DNA of 64,000 nt from Chrysomallon squamiferum (Eukaryota > Animalia > Mollusca). The notes below the pieces were generated by a model. It saw only the letters and a program-made list of their open reading frames with translations, made no database searches and was not told the DNA's origin. Shown here one piece after another: positions 53,501-64,000 of the stretch; position 1 is the first letter of the stretch; each line of letters begins with the position of its first letter. The translations under genes were made by a program, and so were the position numbers. Where the stretch lies: contig CM022673.1 of the NCBI GenBank assembly GCA_012295275.1, forward strand, positions 22,692,001 through 22,756,000, read 5' to 3'.

Positions 53501-56500
53501 GTAATAATAATAATACTTAGAAAGAGAATCAGCTTGTCCTTTTGTTAGCTATTATCTCCACAGATTTACAACTTTTATAGTGTTGCTATCTTGTTATATC
53601 TCCGTTACTACTGCAGCTACAATGTATATTTGTATTATTACTGATACTATCACTGATATTGCAACAGCTACCACTACTGCTATTACTACAGCTACATTTG
53701 TTACTATTAGTACATCTGTTGCTACTATTACAATTACTATTATTACTAATACTACTATTGATGCTACTATTTGTACAATATTCTGTAACTGTTACTACTA
53801 TTACTGCTACAACTATTATTATTACTACTGCAAATATTATTACTGTTCCTACAACTACTGCTACTACTACTACTATATTCTTTAACTTAAGAGGTAAATA
53901 TCTTATTTAGACAATCCATTTACATCTCATCAAACAGAGTACAGACATTACCATTATTCTAGTATTGTAATGCCACTTCTACTAATATTAATAATAATAA
54001 TAATAACACAGGAAAAGAATCATGTTTTGATTTAATTATTATTTCTGTAGATTTACCTATCAAAGCTACAGCTGTTTTAGTGTTGCCATCTTGTTGTATC
54101 TCTCTGCCATCATCAAGAACTTTCCAAATTGGCTGTGGTTCTGATGAAGATGGGATGAAGTCAACAAGGAAGTGCTTTTTAAATGATGTCATTTTGATAA
54201 ATTTGTTCTCAGGACAGTTGTCCAGTCTGTCCAGTACCCCATCTTTGTCCAGGTCCAGTTCACAGACATCTCCACGGTGATTTCCTGACATCAATGATAT
54301 ACAGATAAAATACATAATCCAACATATCTCTTTGACTCAGTCTTTGTTGTTATGCATTCCTCATTATTGTAATCATTCATTCACATAATCATTGTAACAA
54401 CAGCAATAAATCTTAAAGAAAAGAAATTTACCATCAAAATCTTCTTGTAATGGATTTTTAACAAACTGACAATTATCTTCATAGTCCGCTACTCCATCAT
54501 CATCTGAATCATCATCACATTCATCCCCTACAAATAAATAATTCACAGAATCATGGCAACACAGCATAATGTCTGTTTCACAAAAGTATATTACCTATGA
54601 AGCTACAATTGGAGACTTTAAGAATGATATTATGCTCAGTGAAAATAATTAACTGACATTTGTGCAAAAAAACACAACAAAGCTAAGATATAAATAGTTA
54701 TAAATTTTTAAAACATTAATATAAATTTAGCTTCTAATATTTAATGAATCACATAAAATTAAAGGTGACAAAAATATTCAGTTTTACATTTGTATCAAAT
54801 TTATTATAAAATTCATTAGTAATAGGTATTGGTTAGAACATAGGATGGATGAAAATAAAAAGTTTACATTGTTGTAGTCTTATAATTTTCTCTTCAGTAA
54901 TCTTACTATAATTATTATATAACTTGATTTAACATTACAGTAATACAGAATTAAAATAAACTAAAATTTAAAAAAAAAAGAAGAAATTAATGTGTGCTTT
55001 CTGGATTTACCTAGACCATCAGAATCAGAGTCTTTCTGTTCTGCATTTGGTACTTCAATACAGTTGTCTTTATTGTCTGGGATAGAATCACCATCACTTA
55101 AATAACATAAATATGGTTTAAATATTTATCACATTTATGAAATAAAAGAAATATGTGTTTAAATGTTAATTACCATATCTTCTAGAGATGTAAATCCAAG
55201 TAGACAAAACACCAACTGCTTATTGCAAATATAACATAATACGTTGATTTTATACCTTTTAATGAAAAGATTAAAACTCTGTGGTCTCGGTGGACTCACT
55301 TTATTGGCTGTTGATGATATCCACATAAGGATGCAGTTTCTCAAAGACATCATACCAAACTGATTAAAATAGATCTTGTCATCTACTTAGAATCCACAAG
55401 TCTACAGCATTTACAACATGGTGTCATCCCATTTGGTCAAATTCCCAACTGGACAAATTCCTAATTGATCGAAATACCTCATCTACCAAGGTACCTGATT
55501 ACCTCTGCATGTAATGAACATGGCCTCTTCATGTTCACACAGATTTTGATTACAGATGGACAATAGTTTATTATAAATCTGATTATCTGTTTATGTAATG
55601 AATTTGGCCTCTTCACATTTTTTAATAGTTTCTCCCTGGCCTTTTGTGAATAAATGGACAATGATTTATTTACCAATATATCTTCTCCAAGAAATCTTGA
55701 GTATAAAAGAAGATGTTCTTGTGAAAAAAAAAAAAAAATCACACTTATCATTCTGAGAATGGCTGGTTTAAGCAAGGTAGAATTTGTGCAGTCAAATTGT
55801 GGAAAACAACAAGTTTTGTTAGGTGGTTATACATACATTCAAAATTGAGAAAGATACCACTGCAGTACCTGGACACTACTGAGGCTGCAGTAATTTCATT
55901 TTGTGAAATAATTTTTTTTAGATGAATACCTTCTTTTTTAGTTATTTACAGACATTCTCTACATTCAGTACATGGAGTGTTTCAATATTTGTCATACTTT
56001 TATGCAATAAGTGACATCCATACCATCTATACAATAATAATCAGTTTCCAAATAATCTGGAACAGTTCATTATAATGACTGAGGTTATAACATGCATGTT
56101 AGTAAGACAACTATTCTAGTTTTAGCATTTCGACTAACTGGGAATTCAACCAATTAGGAGTAATCTCTTCGACACGAACCTTCCATGTTCCTTCCGCAGG
56201 TATGGAATGTGTTACAAATCACTGTAGATGGAGAAGGCCTTACACTAACACTAACCCTAACCCTAAACCTAAACCTAACACTATCCCTAACCTTGACCCT
56301 AACCCTAAATTTAGTCCTAACACTCACCCTCAACCCCAACCTTGACCCTAGTCTTAACATTAACCCTGACCTTAACCCTAACCCTCACCCTGACCATAAC
56401 CCTAACCCTAAACCTGACCCCAACTCTAACCCTAACCCTAACCCACACACTAACAATAATCCTAACTATAAAGTTTAAACTAAAAGATTATTGTTAAGCT

Positions 56501-59500
56501 TTATAGTTAGGATTAGGGTTAAGACTAAGGTCAAGGTTACGGTTAGGGTTAGGACTTCAGTGAGATTTGTAATAACTTATTCCAAGTACATTACTATATA
56601 ATAATTATATTAATATATCTCTGAACTGTGTATGTTAACATTTTGTAACACCCTGCTTGTGTTAGATCATTAGGTTTGATATTATATCCTGGTAATGAAC
56701 CTCATTCCAAATGCGACATTGTCCACTAAAGAAATATGAGATTATATATTTAATAGAAGGCCTGTTTAAGAATTGAATTCCCCTTATTATTTCAAAATTC
56801 TGTCTACATCAAGCCAATAATAAATTTTTCAACATTGATTTATTTACATATTAACTGGGTGCAAAAGCTTTGTGGAATAAGTTTAATATTTAAGGATTTC
56901 TTTTGGGTAAAAGACATTGCATTAGTGATTGGATGACCCATTCAAAAAGAGGTTATTTTCTTATGTGGTTAAACATTATACTAACATGTCTGCTGTTTCA
57001 CACAAATCACCAACACTGTTAACATTAACATCTGTCTGGTGGGCATTCTGTAATGTTGGACAGTTGTCGCAGATGTCACCCACTGAGTCTCTGTCAACAT
57101 CCAGCTGATCTGCAGGAAATAATAAATTTATTAAAAGTGTCCATTCTTTGTGATTTGTTATTAATGTGTGATTGTGTTGTTATGTATGAATTGGTGCATG
57201 CATTTGTTTAGATGTGATAATATGTACATGTGCATATCTGTTTATCTTGAAACAATAGAAAAACATAATGATACGGTTTTGATGGATATAAAAAGATATA
57301 TAGAGTCTGTATCAGAGCATTTCAGAATAATATTAACTGATACTAACAGCAATCATTGCAAAATAAACAGAGCTTATACAATTGTTAATTATATTTCTGA
57401 TTTAGTGATACTGAATCTTATTTATTACATTTTACAAATTAATAGATCACTGTTATGACAAAGAATACATCAAACAAAACATAGAAATTAATATACAGAG
57501 TTTTTATTTATTTATTAAAATATTGCTCAGTATCTCAGACTTCAGTAATTGTTGAAATAAAAGTTACTTGCCAGGATTTGGAACATTTGGGCAATTGTCA
57601 TTAGCATTAAGTTTTCTGTCATTATCAGCATCATCATCACATGCATCACCAACACCATCACCATCACCATCTCTCTGGTCTAAATTTTTAACATTGATAC
57701 AGTTGTCACAGTCATCTCCAACACCATCTCCATCAGAATGTTCTTGTTTGTTGTTAAACACCATTGGACAGTTGTCCTGTAGAAAATAAATATATTTTTT
57801 ACTGCTTACTAGAATATGTGACTTTACTGAAAAAAAAAAAAAAGAAACAAAAAAACATTGTCTTAGAAGAAATGCAGAAATCTGCTGTCACAAAGTAGAC
57901 TGCATTCTTTTTATTAGCATCAAGGAATCTTTTTTTATTATTCTATTTCATAATAATGAATCTGACAGGCTTGGTTTTTTTTTAGTGAATATTTAACCAA
58001 AAAACAGTAATCAGGAAGGATACAGAATGTTTTAACATTTTTATTTGTCACTGATACTATTTACTCAAATAACTGAATGTCCAGAAAACTAAGTGGAAGA
58101 TTTGCTTCCTGTCATTTCTTACAGCAATGATAACTTACATCAATGTCAAATACTGTGTCATTGTCATCATCATCATCACAGACATCACCTTTTCTGTCTC
58201 CATCATTGTCGTCTTGTCCACTATTAGGAATATGAGGGCAGTTGTCCTGTAAAACACACATAAAGCAAAATCAAATTAATAATTTTACTGCAAACAATAC
58301 TTAAATGTCATATTTTAAATCTGAGTGGATTCTGGAATTTCTTCATGAAGTATGCTGGTTTCATCTATATATCTATCTAAATAAAGATAAACAAAGAAAT
58401 TATTTTTAATACATATACTACCTTACCATGCATCATCAAACATTACTTGTTTATTGAAAACATTCACACGCAACTCCCCCAAAAATTGCACCATGCTAGA
58501 CTCTAGAAATCTTTACATTGTAAACAGTTTTATACATAGAAAGTTGGTAATGTCTGTAAATAGAATATTTTAAAATAATGTCCTTACCTAATAGATTAAA
58601 ATATATAAATATATCACCCATTCACATTACATATTAAATAAAACTCATTTCATTTTATATTATATAAAATTAGCCTGCTCACACATATCAAAATATATAA
58701 TATTCATATAGTCATATTACATATTAAAATATATAAAACTCCCTGCTCACATGAATTAGCCAAGTAATGCACAGATGGACATTTTGTGGGGAGGGTTTGT
58801 CATACATTGTTATTTTACTAGGGGCTTTTGTCCTACTTTGTTTTTTCACTGGGGAGATTCTCTCCTAACTTTCTATCAGAGGGCTGTTTTCCTCCTGTGC
58901 ATTTTTGGACTGGGGGACTTTTGTCCTGGGGAGCTTATATATGCATCCTGCTAACATTACATACTGAAATATATAAAGTTTATGTCCTTTCATTTCACAT
59001 TAAAATATATAAAATATATCAAATTCACCTGTTCACATTAAATTCTAAAATATATTAAATTCACCCACTTACATTTCACATTCAAAATATTTAAAACTCA
59101 CTTGCTGACAGGCTCCAGCTTCTTGTCCTGCACATGAAACTGCCACATCAGGATACCTATCCAGGTCACTGTCCTCATCACAACTAAACCCATTACCAGC
59201 ATATCCAGTATTACACTGAAAAACATTTTAACTGAATCCATTACTAGTACATACAGAGTTATATGGAAAAACATTTCCATTACCAGAAAATCTAGTGTTA
59301 CCATTGAAATACTCTGTGTGATACATCTTTAGAAAATTATTGATTATTTCTGAATTTTTGTTTTTGTTTTTTTGATGTATTAAAAAAAAAAAATAATAAT
59401 AATAATAAAATTTAGCCAATTATGTTTATATTATATTATGAATAAGATTGTTATTTTCCATTTCTATTTTTTGTTCTTAGGATATTACAAATATCATATA

Positions 59501-61985
59501 TGTGAAATGATGAAGATAAGAATATGTGATGAGTTTTTCTCTTTCATATATTTATTTTTCTATAAAACTTACCATACAGATGTAGTCTGCAGGTCCAGCA
59601 TAAAAACAAGAAGCATTTTCATTACATTTGTGTTTGCCAGACACACAGAAATCTGCCACTTCACAGCCAAATCTGGATTCACCTATATATCCTGGATTAC
59701 ACTTACCACAGTAAAAACTTCCCTGAAATGATATATTCATTTTCAGTTAGTGTTAGATTCATGGTTTGTAATTACAAATATTAGACAGCCACTTCTCTGT
59801 TTTTCATGTATTTCAGTACAGAGTATCACAGCTTTTTTCTGTCTAATTAGGAAGTACTCAAAAACATGTACCTAAGGTTCTTACATCCAACTTGCCTATG
59901 ATTTGCCATAGTTCTCCATCTATAATTATATCTTGTTTAATTCGTTTTTGCTAAAACATTATATCACTACTACTGGAGTTAGAATTACTCAGTCTATCAT
60001 AATATTTATAACATTTGAAAAAAAAAATGCAACCGTTACACATTTTTTTATTTTATAATCTATTATTAATAAAAAGCATTCATAATCAAATGCAATGAAT
60101 TGAAAATATACAAAAACATAGAGTGTTAACAAGATAATCTAAGTAACACTTTAATTATTAACTATTAAACAACCTGTGTATTATGACAAAATGCATTGGG
60201 ATCACATCCACCATTGTTGACAGCACATTCATCAATGTCATCACAGCGTTGCCTGGGAAATTCGTCATGCACCAGGTTATATTTCTTAAACATTCTCTGC
60301 ATGACATTCCAAGCTAGTGCATCTTCAAAAGTTCCATTATAACCTATTGGACATCTTGTACATTGGTAACCAGGAACTGTGTTCTTACAAGAAGAGTTCC
60401 AACAAGGATGATAAACATCACACTGAATCAAAAAAATTTAAAATTAGTAATTTAAAAAAAAAAAAAAAAAAAAAATAACACAGAATATAATGGAATAGAA
60501 TATGTAATATTAAGTCTGTACTCTGTCAATAAGATGTAAATGGATTCTCTAAAGAAGATATTTACAAAAAAACAACATTAATTACTCATTTTGCTCCTAC
60601 AATGACTGCTTAAGAAATCACAAAACTCTCAAAATCTCCCATGTTTATTACCAACTGTCCTGTGTGACGCCAGAACATTATCTATTTTGACCATATCCAC
60701 ATATTAACCTGTAGTTTTATTATCACCTCATTAATATCCGTACAAGTAACTCCATCTCCACTATATCCAGAAGGACAACCATCACACATGTATGTATGAC
60801 CTCCATCAGCTGTCTGAATATTTCTACACTGAACTGACTTGAAACACAGACTGTTTGAGCTGAGACAAGGACATTCAGCTGTGGACTGACAAGACACACA
60901 TGCTGACCCATCTCCCTTTGACCAGGACCTAGAATTGCAGGGCTCACATTTGTCTTTCTTTGTAGTACTGCAACTTCCACTTGGACAAGGTTTACAGGAA
61001 GCTTGACCAGCTTCATCTTGGTATGTCCCAGGTGAGCATATCTTACAATGCTCTGAAAACAAGTTAGAAATGTGTTATTATAACGACACATATTTCAAAT
61101 CAATATCACACTTATATTCTACATACGGTCAAGAAAATCACTCATATAACTAGAAAATGTCTAAACAAATATTACAATAATTATTACATTATACTATGTT
61201 GTATCTCTGATTTCTGTTTGCTGTTGATTTTTTTCTTTTTTTTTCTTTTTATTGTTTGTTTTTTCATTTCAGTATAATGGTATCAGGTTATAAAAACTAA
61301 GATCAAAACAGAATACAGTCGTAAAGAATGCTTCAGATAGATATTGCTAATGGTTCTGATCTGTTGGTACCAGTTTACTAGTCAATATTACAAACCTGTA
61401 TTTCCATCAGAGTAGGTACCAGGTTCACATTGATATTTTTGACCTCCTCTACATGCAAATCCAGATTCACAGTGGGTACACCTGTCCGGACAGAACGAGT
61501 CATTACATGTCACGTAGTGAAATTTTGGACATGGTCTGGCAGAGCCGTTTTTACAGATCTAATAAATAAGTAAATAAATAAAGATTACTAGTATAAAATA
61601 AAAAGTGATTTTATTGATATGTAAAGAAGGCAAATATATTTTCTGCATTAAATTAATAATAATATGTAAGTATTGTATTTTAGAAATACATTTAATTCTC
61701 AAATTGTCACAGACACACACATACAGAAACTACTGTAACAAAACTAAGTTTTACCCAGCCAATAGGACAAGGAGAACACTGAGATGCTGCTCCAAAGCTG
61801 TGTTCAGTTTTTGATCTTCCACACGTCGAATTATCCTGTGGAGGCTCACATCGACCACATGGCAACATGGACCCATCTCCAGGGCAATACCACGTCGTTA
61901 AACATCGCTCACACGACGTTTCGTCTGCAGAGTAAAAGAGAACATTTTACGAAACAAATAAGAGAAAAGCTTAAAATACAGTGTA

Positions 61986-62047
<62 letters not shown>

Positions 62048-63446
62048 GTAAAAACACTTACAGTAAAGTTTTTCCTTTAGAGAACATCCTATGAGTTCAA
62101 ATCTTAAACTGATATGACCAAACCAGGTTTGGGGGTTGATAACTAAGAACTGTCCTCTGGCAGGAGGATTAAGTGTTATATTTACCACTGTGTGCTGGTC
62201 AAAATTCCCTTCAAAAATCTAAAACAAAATAATATACTATGATAATAGATTTTACTAAATATAACAGTTTATGTCAGTGTACATAATTATATTTATAATT
62301 CCCAAATTGTCACAGACACACACATGTTGGTTTTTGATTGTCAAATTAACTAATACGATTACCTATTTTCTTTTTAAAAGAGTTGATTTTCATGTTTTGT
62401 AATATATATATATATATATATATATTATCATAAAACTACAGTCAAACATTTGATCTTGTGTGTGAAATCACTTCTAATATATCTTTTCAAATGTAATATT
62501 TAAGGAAGTCCTCCTTTAAGTGAACAAAATGCACTAATTTAAGTTAAATTATTTTTCATGCTGAGTATTTCTCTTACTATCACTATAAATAAAAACTATC
62601 TGTACCCTACATATCACTATAACGTACACTAGCACCAGATTCATTTGTGTACATAACAAAAGTGATGCCATCGTCGCTAACATTCACTGAAAAGCTGGTC
62701 ACGTAATTATTTTCATCATCTCTACCTTGAAGCTGTATAATTTTGAAAACAAACAACTCATTCATGTCTACTTGTATCCACTGGTTTGAATCATCTACAG
62801 CTGAAACCCATCCACCAGTGTGACTTCCAAGGTAATCTAAAGAAAAAAAGAAGAAAAAAAAAATGAAATGAAAAGAAATTAAAACAACAACAACAATCAA
62901 ACAAAACAACCACCAACAGAAAGAACAAAAGAATAAAAACATCAACAAGAACAAAACATTGTGTAGCAAACATTCAAACGATAGAAATGCTAATGAAACT
63001 GCTTAGACTGTTTTCTACTGCTGGCTGTTTGCCATGATAATTTGTTTTCATTTGAAAGTCTTATAATTAGGGTCTTACTTAAACAACAAAATGAATCTGT
63101 CTTTATTTACCTTACTATCAAATTCAGCCTGTAGAAATAAAATGACAAAACAAATAATGTAGATAACTATATTTTGTATTTTACAAAAATATATAAATTA
63201 ATGCATTAATATATTTTTATGTTGAAAATTTTCTCAGTACTTTACAATTTATTTTCTCAATTTATTTTCAATCATAGTTTGGAATAAACAACCTGGAAGA
63301 GTGACCATGTTAAGGCGTGCATGTGCAGGACCACTCAGATTCTTGCTTGATGAGGCAGTTATAAAATGATCGTGTATAAAACCTTTTTCTATCCCAGCAA
63401 CATGTAGACAAGCTGAAATATTTCAAATACTGTTGTTTATATTTTG

Positions 63447-63500
<54 letters not shown>

Positions 63501-64000
63501 GCTGTTGTTGTTGTTGTATTCCTTGGTAAACATGCACATGGAATAATTTTTATGAAATATTTATGTAGATGATAATATTCTACAGACCAAAGAATCAGTT
63601 ACAAACGGTGGTTAGGAAAATACCTCTGAGTATAATGAACATTCACACAAATGAATCCAATTGTATCATGTGCTATTTTTTTTTTTTTTCAGGGTTTTAT
63701 TTTGTTTTGGTAGAGTCAGAGATTAAAATTCATTCGGTTTTGGATTCTTGTTTTTTTTCTTCAAAAAATACTTACAGAAATTATAATAGTGATAGCCAGG
63801 AACAACAAAATTCAGGTATCCTTTCTCAGAATCGATTTTAAATTCAAACTGTATTTTCTCAAACTTCACATCTACAAGACATGAGCTGGCCACGACCACT
63901 GAGACTAATGCAGATGTACCACGCACAGGATGTCCATTGTCAACAACAAGCACTGTGAGTTGTAGAGTCGTGCTCTTCAAACGCATTGATCTGTACAGTT
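46782..64000 (-). CDS. 3' part (26 exons) of a giant thrombospondin-superfamily protein: cadherin - F5/8 type C - Cys-rich CxxC repeats - EGF - TSP type 3 repeats - TSP C-terminal lectin - LamG-like (mega-thrombospondin-like); 5' end beyond window
   Basis: Exons: 63776->64000 ([11 protein letters not shown], cadherin); 63293-63412, 62628-62836, 62062-62218 (ITASS...QWIQVD...LQGR...LRFELIGC, F5/8); 61755-61924, 61396-61558, 60727-61052 (Cys-rich, [12 protein letters not shown]); 60174-60422, 59573-59722, 59102-59215 (EGF); 58139-58246, 57572-57776, 56986-57109, 55011-55096, 54432-54527, 54057-54284 ([18 protein letters not shown]); 52905-53086, 52438-52607, 51981-52124 ([26 protein letters not shown]); 51766-51846, 51356-51558, 50835-50914, 47928-47993, 47616-47739, 47098-47168, 46782-46823 ([27 protein letters not shown]). 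All exon phases chain into one open frame. The last two exons are the least certain. Confidence 0.9.
48880..50787 (+). mobile_element. Decayed non-LTR retrotransposon, R4/Dong-like, antisense within a thrombospondin intron
   Basis: Broken ORF pieces: [49 protein letters not shown] (RT), EFGLDKC, PVVIGA (REL-endonuclease C-terminus). The 3' end abuts (TAA)n at about 50788-50807. Many stops and deletions. Confidence 0.8.
53390..53880. repeat. Degenerate trinucleotide (ACT/ATT/AAT) low-complexity tract
   Basis: Runs of actact/attact/aataat. These give rise to the spurious Thr/Tyr/Leu-rich ORFs at 53580-53910. Confidence 0.85.
55420..56168 (+). mobile_element. Internally deleted Mutator-like (FLYWCH-bearing) DNA transposon remnant
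   Basis: Imperfect inverted ends: left tcccatttggtcaaattcccaactgg versus the reverse complement of the right end, tcctaattggttgaattcccagttag. Internal peptide [26 protein letters not shown] (55759-55848) resembles the start of a FLYWCH domain. No TSD recognised. Confidence 0.55.
56200..56589. mobile_element. Foldback/MITE-like element containing inverted telomere-like (TAACCC)n / (GGGTTA)n arrays
   Basis: Left end gtatggaatgtgttacaaatcactg versus the reverse complement of the right end, gtacttggaataagttattacaaatctcactg. A degenerate TAACCC array at about 56240-56470 faces a GGGTTA array at about 56505-56553. Confidence 0.65.
58590..59098. repeat. Degenerate AT-rich tandem repeat (cacattacatattaaaatatataaa-like) interrupted by a G-rich ggggcttttgtcc-repeat fragment
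   Basis: Recurring cacatt...aaaatatataa units at 58590-58750 and 58950-59098. The insert at about 58775-58935 has repeated gggg-cttttgtcc-like motifs resembling DNA-transposon subterminal repeats. Confidence 0.55.

Noticed and set aside
53580-53910. Thr-rich mucin-like ORFs
   Set aside because: Trinucleotide low-complexity tract in an intron, on the strand opposite the host gene.
55174-55181. 8-nt microexon (tag|aagatatg|gtaatt, minus strand)
   Set aside because: It would shift the frame, and the flanking exons already join in frame (ETADIDGDS). No supporting context.
56154-56478. ORFs rich in LTLT/NPNP/RVRV, or a true telomere or fusion site
   Set aside because: These are translations of degenerate TAACCC repeats inside an intron, bounded by inverted termini.

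Overview
AT-rich, microsatellite-rich animal genomic DNA with spliceosomal introns. Gene content suggests an invertebrate, probably a lophotrochozoan or mollusc (inference). I reconstructed six multi-exon protein-coding genes by reading splice sites and frames by hand: (1) SCUBE (+, 3956-16468, 5' exon not found); (2) APIP/mtnB methylthioribulose-1-phosphate dehydratase (-); (3) PDHX/E3BP (+), head-to-head with APIP as in human; (4) a two-exon secreted coiled-coil + fibrinogen-domain gene (-); (5) a six-exon chymotrypsin/elastase-type protease resembling earthworm fibrinolytic enzyme (+), divergent from gene 4; (6) the 3' 26 exons of a very large thrombospondin-superfamily gene (-) with cadherin, F5/8, Cys-rich, EGF, TSP3, TSP-C and LamG-like domains (mega-thrombospondin-like). 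Introns hold decayed Kolobok-like, MULE-like, RNase H-LINE and R4/Dong-like elements, a telomere-repeat foldback element and minisatellites. Most entries in the ORF track are intron read-through or low-complexity artefacts. No database search was run. Family assignments come from motifs recognised from memory. I found no convincing wholly new system; the most interesting signals are gene arrangement, domain architecture and splicing oddities.
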